NCBI GenBank assembly: GCA_010909165.1
Contig: MU008164.1
Coordinates: forward strand, 1,302,001 to 1,366,000
Direction of reading: 5' to 3'
Length of the DNA stretch: 64,000 nucleotides
DNA from: Anthoceros angustus
Taxonomy: Eukaryota > Plantae > Anthocerotophyta
Shown: positions 39,256 through 50,745 of the stretch, one piece after another
Layout of the letters: every line of letters starts with the position of its first letter
How positions within the stretch are numbered: the stretch's first letter is position 1
Program-made: the position numbers and the translations under genes
The notes under the pieces: generated by a model
The model's input: the letters and a program-made list of their open reading frames with translations, nothing else
Told to the model about the DNA's origin: nothing
Database searches by the model: none

Positions 39256-42200
39256 ATGGCCACAGTATGGCAACAGGACCCGCTGTGGACCCAACAAATT
39301 GGTGTGTGTACAGGGATTCTACTTGGAGCTCCAGCTCATCTCACTTTAGGGAGTGAACCCCTGGCCAACACAGCCTCCAGGTGCAGCTGTGTAAGGAGCC
39401 CAGCACTTCCGCTTCCGGTGAAACGTGTGGGTGAGGACGGGATTTCCAACGATGGTCGTCGCCAGGAGCAAGAACACTTGTGGCAACAATTTTTTCTGGA
39501 CCCTACTATGTGGTGGGATAACAGACGAGACAAGAAGAGCTCCCGTTCGCCTGACTTCCGGCGTAAGGGGTCCGGCGAGGTGCTGTGGTTGAACAACATG
39601 TTTAAGCCAGCTTGGGTTGATGAGCAGCTCATTTCCTTGGATATGCAGATGGGCCATGGTGCCTCTCCTTCCGAGTCCAGCTCTCCAGATAATCCTGAAC
39701 CTGGGAGGCGTGCAGGATCGGAAATGGGCGTCGTAACGGCTGGAACCGTGAGCTTGTTATGTCAGCAGGGGAAGCTTTCTGAGGCCGTTGGAGCCCTGGA
39801 ATCTCTGGCGCAGACAGACTCTGCTGTTTCTCAGTCTCTGTTTTACATTGTGCTAAAACTGTGTACAGCTAAGAAGGATTTGGTTGTGGGACGACGAGTT
39901 CATGATCTCAGTGTCCAACTTGGGTACGAGTCGAATGCATACTTGGGGAACCATATCTTGCGCATGTATGCAAGTGGAGGTAGGCTAGAGGAGGCCATGG
40001 ATGTGCTCACCAGAGTGGGCAAACCGGATGCCTTCATGTGGTCTTCCATAATCTCCGCATACGCTAAGCATGGGAAACCTAATGAGGCCGTACAATTGTA
40101 CCATGAGATGTGTAGGTCAGGAGTGAAGGCGGATGCTCACGTCTTTGTGGCTGTCCTTCAAGCTTGTGCATTTGCCGCTGACTTGGAATCAGGCAGAAAA
40201 GTGCACAGTGATGTGGTGCAGAGTGGCATTCCTACTAACTTGATTGTTGGCAACTGCCTGGTGGATATGTATGCAAAATGTGGTCAACTGGAAGACGCAC
40301 GCCTGGTTTTTGACAGCATGAACACAAAGGATGTGGTGACATGGAATGCCTGATTGCTGGGTATGCACAGCAAGGACTCGGACAGAGGCGCTTGTGTATG
40401 GACAAATGGAGCAGGGCCTGATTTTGGCTGACCATGTTACTTTTCTTGCCTTCTGAAGGCCTGTGCAAGCACTGGTGCCTTACAGGGCAGGCAGCTGCAC
40501 TCACAGATTGTCGAAGAGGACTGCTGGATAACGTAGTGGTGGGCAACTGCCTGGTGGACATGTATGCAAAATGTGGTGAACTGGAAGATGCACGCCAGGT
40601 TTTGACAGCATGGCCACAAAGGATGTGGTGACATGGACCGCCTGATTGCTGGGTATGCACAGCAAGGACTCCAAGAGGCGCTTGTTGTGTATGGACAAAT
40701 GGAAGAGGCGGGCCTCATTTTGGCTGACCATGTTACTTTTGCTTGCCTTCTGAAGGCCTGTGCAACTGGTGCCTTACAGAAGGGCAGGCAGCTTCACAGA
40801 TTGTCGAAGAGGACTGCTGGATAATGTAGTGTGGGCAACTGCCTGGTGGACATGTATGCAAAATGTGGTGAACTGGAAGATGCACGCCAGGTTTTGACAG
40901 CTTGGCCACAAAGGATGTGGTGACATGGAATGCCTGATTGCTGGGTATGCAGCAAGGACTCGGCCAAGGCGCTTGTTGTGTATGGACAAATGGAGCAGGA
41001 GGGCCTCATTTTGGCTGACCATGTTACTTTTGCTTGCCTTCTGAAGGCCTGTGCAAGCACTGGTGCCTTACAGAAGGGCATGCACTCACAGATTGTCAAA
41101 GAGGACTGCTGGATGACGTAGTGGTGGGCAACTGCCTGGTGGACATGTATGCAAAATGTGGTGAACTGGAAGATGCAGGTTTTGACAGCATGGCCACAAA
41201 GGATGTGGTGACATGGATGCTGATTGCTGGGTATGCACAGCAAGGACTCGAAGAGGCGCTTGTGTATGGACAAATGGAGGAGGCGGGCCTTATTTTGGCT
41301 GACCATGTTACTTTTGCTTGCCTTCTGAAGGCCTGTGGAAGCACTGGTGCCTTACAGAAGGGCATGCAACTGCACTCACAGATTGTTGAAAGAGGACTGC
41401 TGGATGACGTTGTGGTGGGCAACTGCCTGGTGGACATGTATGCAAAATGTGGTGAACTGGAAGATGCACGCCAGGTTTTTGACAGCATGGCCACAAAGGA
41501 TGTGGTGACATGGAATGCCCTGATTGCTGGGTATGCAGAGCAAAGACTCAAGAGGCGCTGTGTATGGACAAATGGAGGAGGGCCTTATTTTGGCTGACCA
41601 TGTTACTTTTGCTTGCCTTCTGAAGGCCTGTGCAAGCACTGGTGCCTTACAGAAGGGCAGGCAGCTGCACTCACAGATTGTTGAAGAGGACTGCTGGATA
41701 ACATAGTGGTGGGCAACTGCCTGGTGGACATGTATGCAAAATGTGGTGAACTGGAAGATGCACGCCAGGTTTTGACAGCATGGCCACAAAGGATGTGGTG
41801 ACATGGAATGCCCTGATTGCTGGGTATGCACAGCAAGGACTGGGCCAAGAGGCGCTTGTTCTGTATGAAAAAATGGAGCAAGAAGGGCTCATTGTAGCTG
41901 ATCATGTCACATTTGCTTGCCTCCTTAAGGCCTGTGCTTGCACTGGTGCCTTACAGAAGGGCCGGCAGCTGCACTTACTGATCCTCGAAAGAGGAGTGAT
42001 GGATAATGTAGTGGTGGGCACCTGCCTGGTGGACATGTATGCAAAATGTGGTGAACTGGAAGATGCACGCCAGGTTTTTGACAACTTGGCCACAAAGAAT
42101 CTGGTGACATGGAATGCCCTGATTGCTGGGTATGCACAGCAAGGACTCGCCAAGAGGCGCTTGTATGGACAAATGGAGGCAGGCCTCATTTTGGCTGACC

Positions 42201-43609
42201 ATGTTACTTTTGCCTTCTGAAGGCCTGTGCAAGCACTGGTGCCTTACAGAAGGCAGGCAGCTGCACTCACAGATAGTCGAAAGAGGACTGCTGGATGACG
42301 TTGTGGTGGGCAACTGCCTGGTGGACATGTATGCAAAATGTGGTGAACTGGAAGATGCACGCCAGGTTTTTGACAGCATGGCCACAAAGGATGTGGTGAC
42401 ATGGAATGCCCTGATTGCTGGGTATGCACAGCAAGGACTCGCCAAGAGGCGCTTGTGGTGTACGGACAAATGGAGCAGGAGGGCCTGATTTTGGCTGACC
42501 ATGTTACTTTTGCTTGCCTTCTGAAGGCCTGTGCAAGCACTGGTGCCTTACAGAAGGGCAGGCAGCTGCACTCAGATTGTCGAAAGAGGACTGCTGGATG
42601 ACGTAGTGGTGGGCAACTGCCTGGTGGACATGTATGCAAAATGTGGTGAACTGGAAGATGCACGCCAGGTTTTTGACAGCATGGCCACAAAGGATGTGGT
42701 GACATGGAATGTCCTGATTGCTGGGTATGGTGCTTGTGATGAAGGTCACAAGGCACTAGCTTGTTTTGAGGAGATGTTAGTTGCCGGTGTTCAGCCTGAT
42801 GATGCTACTTTTACTTGCCTTCTAGTAGCATGCAGTCATGAGGACTGGTCCACGAGGGTCGCAAACACTTTGATTCCATGGCTGAACAGCATGGCATCAA
42901 ACCTACTATTGAGCATTACACCTGCATGATTGATCTTCTTGGGCGTGCTGGCCATTTAGATGAAGCAGAGAAAATGCTTTTGACATGCGAGGGGCAAAGT
43001 AATGTTGTGGGCTTGAGGTCTTTGTTGAATGCCTGCAAAATTCACGGGGATATAGAAAGGGCTCTGTGGTGTTTCGAAAGGATTGTTAGGCTGGACCCCC
43101 AGGATGCGACCGCATATGTGCTCATGGCCAATGCCTACGCAGATGGAGGTATGTGGACCGATGTAGACAGGATTGAAACACAGAGACGGGTAGCAGGAGC
43201 TAACAAGAAGCCTGCAGTCACGACCATTGAGGTGAACAAGCAGGTACATCGCTTTGTGGTGGGAGAAAGGAGAGAGGATATTGCGCTTAAGGTAGAGAGC
43301 ACGAATGCCCGTCTGAAGCAGGAAGGAGGCCACATACCTCACACGAAATTGGTATTGAAGCCACTGTCTGAAAAGGAAAAGGAAGATGCGCTTTGTGGCC
43401 ATGCTGAGAAGCTAGCTCTGGCGTTTGGTCTCTTGAACACTCCGAGTGGGACACCTCTGATGGTAACGAAGAACCTACGCATGTGCAGTGACTGCCACAG
43501 TTCCACGGAGATCATGTCAAGGCTTGAACAGAGAGACATTGTCGTAAGGGATGGGTACCGTGTGCATCGATTCGCAGATGGTTCTTGCAGTTGTAAGGGT
43601 CGACCCTGA
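39256..43609 (+). CDS. PLS-class PPR protein with N-terminal PDF motif and C-terminal E-DYW:KP (GRP-type) deaminase; candidate U-to-C editing factor; frameshifted within the repeat array (pseudogene or assembly error)
   Basis: WWDNRRDKKSSRSPDFRRKGSGEVLWL; PLS triplets; HYTCMIDLLGRAG; KKPAVTTIEV; HAEKLALAFG; KNLRMCSDCH; CSCKGRP*. Confidence 0.85.
40240..42730 (+). repeat. near-identical ~300-bp tandem repeat (PLS triplet), 9 anchor copies
   Basis: ctgcctggtgga(c/t)atgtatgcaaaatgtgg at ~40254, 40547, 40838, 41131, 41422, 41716, 42021, 42312, 42616. Confidence 0.9.
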
Positions 43610-44265
43610 GGCTGAGAATGACGAAGAGCTAGCCAGTACCAAAGTGTGTACGCCAGAGAATATTGCTTCCTTTCTTGGGGTGAATGTGCTTGCCAAACTC
43701 CACCTCTCCAAACTGAGACATGGAGATGGTTGGCTAGCTTGTTTGAAGGCCTGCGATCTGGCTGGGTCACGGAGTGGGGATAGGACATCAGGAATCAGGG
43801 GTGCAGGCCTGGAATTTGGGTCACATCCGGTGGAATCGGGGCTCCGGTTGCCGGATTGACCTGGTAGTTGTGGCGGGGAGCGCCCGAGGTCACGACGTGC
43901 TTTCGGAGGCGGGCCTGATTCCGGCTCCAAAGACGAAAGCCCGAGGTCCAGATGGCGCAGTCGAAATCCTCCGAACTGCCATCCGCAAACGTTGCTCCGT
44001 CCGCACTCAAGGCTTTGACAGCGGACGTCGCCTGGAGAAGAAGAGAAGCGAAGTATGCTTAGTATTGCACTCAAGCGGGGCGGAGTTTGGCTTCGTGGAA
44101 GGAATGAGGAAGAGCATGGAAGGTGAGAAACGCAAGGGAAATTTTCTCAAGACAGCCATTGCAAGGTGTGTAGACCGGCCGAGCACTTCGCGGGAAAAAC
44201 ATTAATCCGTGCGGCAGCCTTGACATTGCGCGCAGCGTGCGAATGTTGCTTGAAATCTTTTCCGT

Positions 44266-44305
44266 TTTCAAGCAACAGACCCGGGTTCGACACTAGGCAA
44301 ACGTA
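44266..44305 (+). pseudogene. 3' half of a tRNA-Gly(UCC)-like sequence
   Basis: tttcaagcaacagacccgggttcgacactaggcaaacgta resembles the plant tRNA-Gly(UCC) 3' half as recalled (ttccaagcaatagacccgggttcgactcccggcagacgca). T-stem mismatched, no 5' half. Confidence 0.45.
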
Positions 44306-45200
44306 TTCGTACGAATACAGAGCAGGAGTAGCCTAGATTCCTTTCGATTTTGGACGCTTAAAAATCGAAACCACAAGCAACCTCCCAAACCACTAAGGTA
44401 CGGTCCACCCTCCCTAATTGGTACTCCATAGCATCTTCCTCTACCTTGGTTTGCAGGTCGTTTATTCTTCCTGTATATGACATTGTGGGTGCAGTAGGTG
44501 ACTTTAGGTAGGGAGCTCAGCTGCTCCTCTTCACCTCGACCCCTAGTCCCCTTTGGTTGTCCCCTCCTAGATGGACTTTTCCTATCATTTTTTCACCTCA
44601 ATAAAACCTTCTCTAAGGTTAAATAGTAAATGGGACATAAGTGGTATCGTTATCATAATAATTCCAAGCTTCTCATGCACATCCCTCGAGATGCACAAGA
44701 ACGATCACTATAGACAGAGTCAACTCTGGAGCACAAATATACCTTATAGTTTGTGAATCCTTGCAGTAAACTGACCAAAGGAGGCGCACGGGACGTCCAA
44801 ATCATACGAACCATTTCCAGTGGCAGATGAAGCAGTATCACATGGCGCAGATGAATCAGGTGACGGGGCTTCTGCCATCTCCTTGGCAGGACTGCATTGA
44901 TGGAGTCCAGATGCTTCTTCCACCCACTCTCTCGCACCGGCATGCACGGTTACCGTGCTCTGCAATGGCGTTCACGATCGAACAACTCAGTGCTTGACTT
45001 TGCTCTAACCAACACGACCGGGTACAATCACGAGGCCGCTGTGCGGAGCTCACGATCCGTCCTCGTCGATGAGCTGCCATTCTCCATCTGCCAAATGCCA
45101 GTGCCAGCGACGGCAGGCCAGATCGCTACACCATAAAGACAGCAGCCGCGTGCTCAGAATTCAGATCCCGAGCTTCTCGCATCCAGACCTCACTGGCAGA

Positions 45201-45955
45201 ATGCAGGTGCAGCCTTCTTCGTGCGCGTTGCCGGTTCTGGCTCTGCTCCTCCTCCTTGCGGCCTCGCTCTCGGTGGATGGACAGGAAGATGTCGCTCGGT
45301 CGCGGTCTTTGCTGAAGTCAGGTAAGAGGATTTCCCGCCATCGCACTAAGGAGTGACATGCTACCTGCAGATTCTTGCTCGTTGCAGTTGATTGATGAAT
45401 GCAGAACGGAGCTGCCGTGGTTCTAGGTTTTGTGTCTCCGCGTTGGAGTTGTGTTCTTGATTGCATGCGTGTGTTGCAGAGGAGAAGCCGCTCGATGGAG
45501 GAAGCAAATTCGACCGTGATTGGCACCATGGCGGCTGGGGACACCACGGAGGCTGGGGACACGGAGGCGACCGCGAGCGTCACGGCTGGGGAGGAGGAGG
45601 AGACCGCGACCGCGACCATCGCGGCTGGGGAGGGGGAGGCGGCGACGACTGGCATCACCATGGAGGATACGGAGGCGGCCATGGCGGAGGGCATGGCGAA
45701 GGAGGAGGTTATGGCGGAGGGCGTGGCGGAGGAGGAGGCTATGGCGGAGGGCATGGTGGAGAAGGCCATGAGGAAGGAGCTGGCCAAGGTACTGGCGATG
45801 GGGCTGCTGCCGGTGCTGGCGGGGAGGAGGCAAGCAGGAAGACGATGGAGCAGGTGGAGGAGGGGCCACAATATGGTGAAAACCACGGCCATGGCTGGGG
45901 CGATCACCGCCATCACCGAGGTGGCGGCCGTGGTCACCATGGCGGGCCTCCATGA
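45201..45955 (+). CDS. secreted Gly/His/Trp-rich protein (2 exons: 45201-45321, 45480-45955)
   Basis: Signal-peptide-like MQVQPSSCALPVLALLLLLAASLSVDG; phase-1 GTAAG..TTGCAG intron joins in frame to EEKPLDGG..WHHGGWGHHGGWGHGG..GGHGGGHGEGGGYGGG. Confidence 0.8.
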
Positions 45956-46098
45956 TCCCTTTGGGCTGCAGCAGGGCATGGTAAGTTGCTGGAAAGATGC
46001 AATCGATGGCTATGGACATGGTGTCCTGCAGGAAATAGCAAATATGTGTTGAAAGGTTGCTCGTCAGGTCACCGCAACCGGGGTGTTTCTTGTTGCGA

Positions 46099-47140
46099 GA
46101 GTGTGCGCTTGTAGCTACTAATGTAAGCGCAACTTACAGATTGTAACGTTGGGTTTGTAACGTTGTTGATAGGGAGAAATCTCTAAGCGTTGTTCACTTG
46201 CTTTATCCATAAAAGTATATCTATAAAAGTAAGATTATATATAAGAATATAAAGATATATTATTTATATATAATATGAAGTTTTAAGCTTACAATATAAC
46301 TTTTTTTGCAGTTAGGTTGTAAGTGGATTAGTAATGTATCGGAAGAGGACATGGTACCCGGGTCATCTTTTGTTGACCCGATTTTTATGAATAGGTAGAT
46401 GAACACTTTCATTAAAAAGACACTACATTTGATACCAATTTGTTGGTGACTCCCACTTAAACTTGATATACCTAATGAGAAAACTAATTGCTGCTGGCGT
46501 TTGGTCCTACTCTTACAATCAAATTGCCCAATGAACTGAACCCCGATTTTTCATGGGACCCCTACACCGCTAGTTCCCATGTTCGTATGAACTCGTGGAA
46601 CGATATCTTAGTTGATGAAGCGAGTGTGCGCTTGTAGCTACTAATGTAAGCGCAACTTACAGATTGTAACGTTGGGTTTGTAACGTTGTTGATAGGAGAA
46701 ATCTCTAAGCGTTGTTCACTTGCTTTATCCATAAAAGTATATCTATAAAAGTAAGATTATATATAAGAATATAAAGATATATTATTTATATATATGAAGT
46801 TTTAAGCTTACAATATAACTTTTTTTGCAGTTAGGTTGTAAGTGGATTAGTAATGTATCGGAAGAGGACATGGTACCCGGGTCATCTTTTGTTGACCCGA
46901 TTTTTATGAATAGGTAGATGAACACTTTCATTAAAAAGACACTACATTTGATACCAATTTGTTGGTGACTCCCACTTAAACTTGATATACCTAATGAGAA
47001 AACTAATTGCTGCTGGCGATTTCGTCAGCCTACTCTTGCAATCAAATTGCCCAATGAACTGTGAACCACGATTTTTCATGGGACCCCTACACACTGCTAG
47101 TTCCCATGTTCGTATGAACTCGTGGAACAGTATCTTAGTT
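46099..47140. repeat. AT-rich ~523-bp direct tandem duplication
   Basis: gagtgtgcgcttgtagctactaatg at 46099 and 46622; near-identical through tatcttagtt. Shorter related repeats continue to ~47400. Confidence 0.9.
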
Positions 47141-49559
47141 CGGTGAACTGAGTGTGCTTGCTGTACAATTCAGTTTTAATGTTTAACTTAGAGAGCTCAG
47201 TTCAGGAATTTAACTCAATTGTGAGCTCGACTCATCAGCGCTTAAGCGGCTGGGAGTTCCTATGAACTCGTAGACTGGTATATTAGTTAGTTCGGTGAAC
47301 TGAGTGTGCTTATTGTACAATTCAACTTTAATTTTTGACTTAGAGAGCTCCGTTTGGGAATTTCCCTCAATTGTGAGCTCGACTGATCGGTGCTTGGTTG
47401 GGAGTTGCATATCCAACTTCAGGCCATACATTGCATCCAACATGTTCCATAGTGCACGTAACATTTTCATGTTTGTAGTGCAAGAAAAATATGGTATGCT
47501 AAAGAGGATAGAAGAAAAACGGTTGTTTTTTATATTCTAAATGTATTTTACATATAATATATTCCTTAATACATATAAAATATAGTCGATGCATACAAAT
47601 TACCCCATGAAGAAACCAAATTCTGCCCACCTCCTCCCATGCCCCAAAAAGGACGTATGTACATCTAATTTCTTTTCTTTTTGATCCACACGATTTTTTA
47701 TTTCTTTTTCTCTGTGAGTACTAGCTTTAGGAAAACTTAAGTCCTCTTACTAGGAAGGAGCTCTCGTTTCTTACCAAAATGTTCGCATTACCGTGGTAGA
47801 GTTTGGAAGAACCAAGTATGATGATCCTCGTTGCATTAATTTGTTGGGTTAGTTGCGCTCAACATTACAAGGACCTTTAAGTATCATTGTAGACAACATG
47901 CTCGATGATATGCATTATTTGTATTACAAGCTCGTTCTATTATGTCGAGCCGGAAGCTAGTGACATGGTCGTTAAATGTGCAAGGAAAGGAGAGGAAGCC
48001 AAATCAAAACTATCCAATACATATATTCTCATTGCTTTTGCTTCAAACCACAAGAAGTAACGGAGGGATAGGAGGATGCAACGGTGGGAGGAAAGAAGCG
48101 GAGAGAACCAAAGATTTTTCCAAGGGTGAGTTTGTTTCAGATAAAAACTGACCTCGTAAGTGACCCTTGTGCTTCATACATGGTTTGGGGATAGGGAAAA
48201 AATTGCAATCATTGATTCAAAATAGTCGATACTGGGAAGATGATGAATTCAAACTAGAAAGGCGATGAATTTAAATTTAGTGTCTTCTCAATAGTTTCTT
48301 GTACCAATTTGTTGCAGCTAGTATTTCTCATTTCGGAACACAATTCCAGCAAAGTTCTATTTCTAGTTGTCAAGGTGGCTCAGAATTCTAGTATGTAGGG
48401 CATAACAACTTTCTCTTTCATGCACTAAAGTTAGGACAAACTTCGGGCAGAATCATATGTGTCTTTAGAAGGAACTGCTTTTTTGTAAAGCTCTTCATAT
48501 TCTCCAAAGTTGGAGAATTGAGCTTGAGCTTGTGACCGAGCGTGGAATGTGCTGCTATTTCCATGGAGGTAAGAGTCCTCAGGCACTAATCTATCTTGTT
48601 TCCATCATTGCTTGCTGTTAAACAACACGCCTATATCTTGTACAATCATTTTCCCCGTGCCTCAGTAAAATGTAATTTTTTTTCCCTCTTTGGCGTTACA
48701 TCCTATGGAATTGTGTGCTTGCGCCTATTGGGACTTTGCCTTCGATTGTTGATTATGGAGCTTAGTTTGTGTTCTATGTACAAATTTGTGTCCTATCATC
48801 CTGATCTGATTAGGATAATCCTATTTCATAAGTAATATAACTAATTACCTATCTCTTCACATTGCCTATAATGAAATATTTTTTTGTTTCATGTTTCCAT
48901 GTTGTAAACTTTGATTCATGAGATTAGTCCATTCGTTTTAATCCAAAAACGAGAAAGCAATGATTCTTCGTAAAGCAATGTATGCATTATATACCATATT
49001 TTTGTATAAAACATGTACATAAAATAAGAATATCATATTAACTTGAAAATGAAGAGCCATTTTTCTTTATAAAAACATTGAATGAGTTTTTCTTTGTTAG
49101 GTCTTTTATTATTAAATTGTTCAAAATAATTAGTTGCATGTTCAGTTTTGCAAGAGCTTTCAAATGACATCGCTCGGGCTCTCATTAAACAAAGTGTCTA
49201 ATTCCCAACTCCCTTCTTTGAGTGGAATAAATCTTTCTGGATGTGCATAGCACACGGAAAGTAAGTTAAGATGTAGAAATTTTTGTCCTAGTGAATGATT
49301 TTCATATTGACTGCTCATAAATGAGCTCCAAGTTTCATTTCCTATTTTCTAAAAAACTTCTTATTCTGAGTTAAGCTATTCTACATGCGTTCTCCATAAA
49401 GGGTCACTGTTTTTTATAAAGACTTTAATATTTTGAAGTGCTTTGTGAGGGCAACGACATTCTCTCGTTAACACTGAATATGACTATTTCTTTTTCATTA
49501 TCCTACCTTCTATTCGCAAGAGTGTGTGTTCATTGTTCATTTGAAAGCAACAACAATAT

Positions 49560-50160
49560 TGTTTTATATTAGCCGGCGTCTCCGTAAGTTGGCGATGTAA
49601 GAAGCAAACAAGTCTTGCCTTAAGTTCAACAGAGGTGGAATATAAAGCTCTTACGGAAGCAGGTAAAGAGGTTGATTGGGAGCGCTCACTCTTAAGTGAT
49701 ATTAAATGGCTCCAACCTCAGCCTACCCTGCTTAATTGTGATAATATGTCGGCTATCGCGTTAGTCGCTAATCCTCGTTATCATGCTCGTACGAAGCATA
49801 TTGAGTTATATCATCATTATATTCGTGATATTACTTCACGAGGAGTGGTGGTGGTTGGTTATATAAATACCAAGGATAATACTGCCGATATATTTACTAA
49901 GTCTCTTCCGTCTTATAAACATAATAAATATAGAGAAGGACTAGGAGTAGTTGAAGGCAGTGACATAATCACCTTAGCAGCTGAGGAGGCAAAGTTAACG
50001 ACAAAATAACACTTTGCAAGCTTAAGTGGGAGCTATCCGAGTGACGAGAGAGGATGAAGCTAATATGCATTAGATCCAATCATCTAGTCACTTAGTACAT
50101 AGTCTTAGAAGCATGTCTTTGTGTGCCTAGAGCTGTGTGGGGAGTGTGGAGATAAAACAT
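49560..50160 (+). mobile_element. Ty1/copia retrotransposon remnant (RT end/RNase H, possible PPT)
   Basis: VSWRCKKQTSLALSSTEVEYKAL..CDNMSAIALVANPRYHARTKHIE..NTADIFTKSL; purine-rich ggggag before TG at ~50140. Confidence 0.9.
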
Positions 50161-50289
50161 CTCTAACCCACAAAGATAAACTAGAATTTAATTAGAAATG
50201 TCGTTTCAATAAGTTGATAAGTGAGCAATTTTGTTAATCTGAATAATTAATGAAAGAGAGAAGTTTGGAGTTTGTCTCGTTGCCCTCTT

Positions 50290-50745
50290 TCACTGTTTGG
50301 GGGCCAACCCCATGCTTGAGCGCATAGAGCGAGGAGGGGAAGAGGAAGGGCAGGAGGAGGAGGAGGACAGAGTGCGGGAGGAATGCGGGGTGGTGCGGGA
50401 GGAATGCGGGGTGGTGTGGAGATCTTCGGAGAGCCGCAGCACCGGGGGAAGGGTTCGGGCAGCTGGCCGTGGTGCGCAACGGCAACTACAGGGAGCTGCG
50501 GGCGGGGGCGGCTCTGGAGGAGAACGGGTCCATCTTCAACACCTGTTCCGAGACCGAGTTTGTGCTGCACCTGATAGACACCACCAAGGCCCGGCTTCAT
50601 CGCCCGGATCGTGGACGCCTGCGAGCAGCTGGAGGGGCCCTACTCCCTCGCGTTCCTCACGGAGGACACGCTGGTGGCGGTGCGGGACCTCTAATGTGGC
50701 TTCCGCCCTCTCGTCATGGGGCAGCGGGTTGACGGTGCCGTCGTC
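50290..50745 (+). pseudogene. purF: amidophosphoribosyltransferase (purF/ASE) N-terminal fragment
   Basis: REECGVV (duplicated 18-bp unit), FGQLAVVRNGNY, LEENGSIFNTCSETEFVLHLI, IVDACEQLEGAYSLAFLTEDTLVAVRD..GFRPLVMG; internal deletion and frameshifts. Confidence 0.8.

Noticed and set aside
45161-46052. Alternative-frame and antisense ORFs (272, 217, 198 aa) over the Gly-rich gene
   Set aside because: Frame shadows of repetitive GGN codons; only one frame joins the signal-peptide exon.
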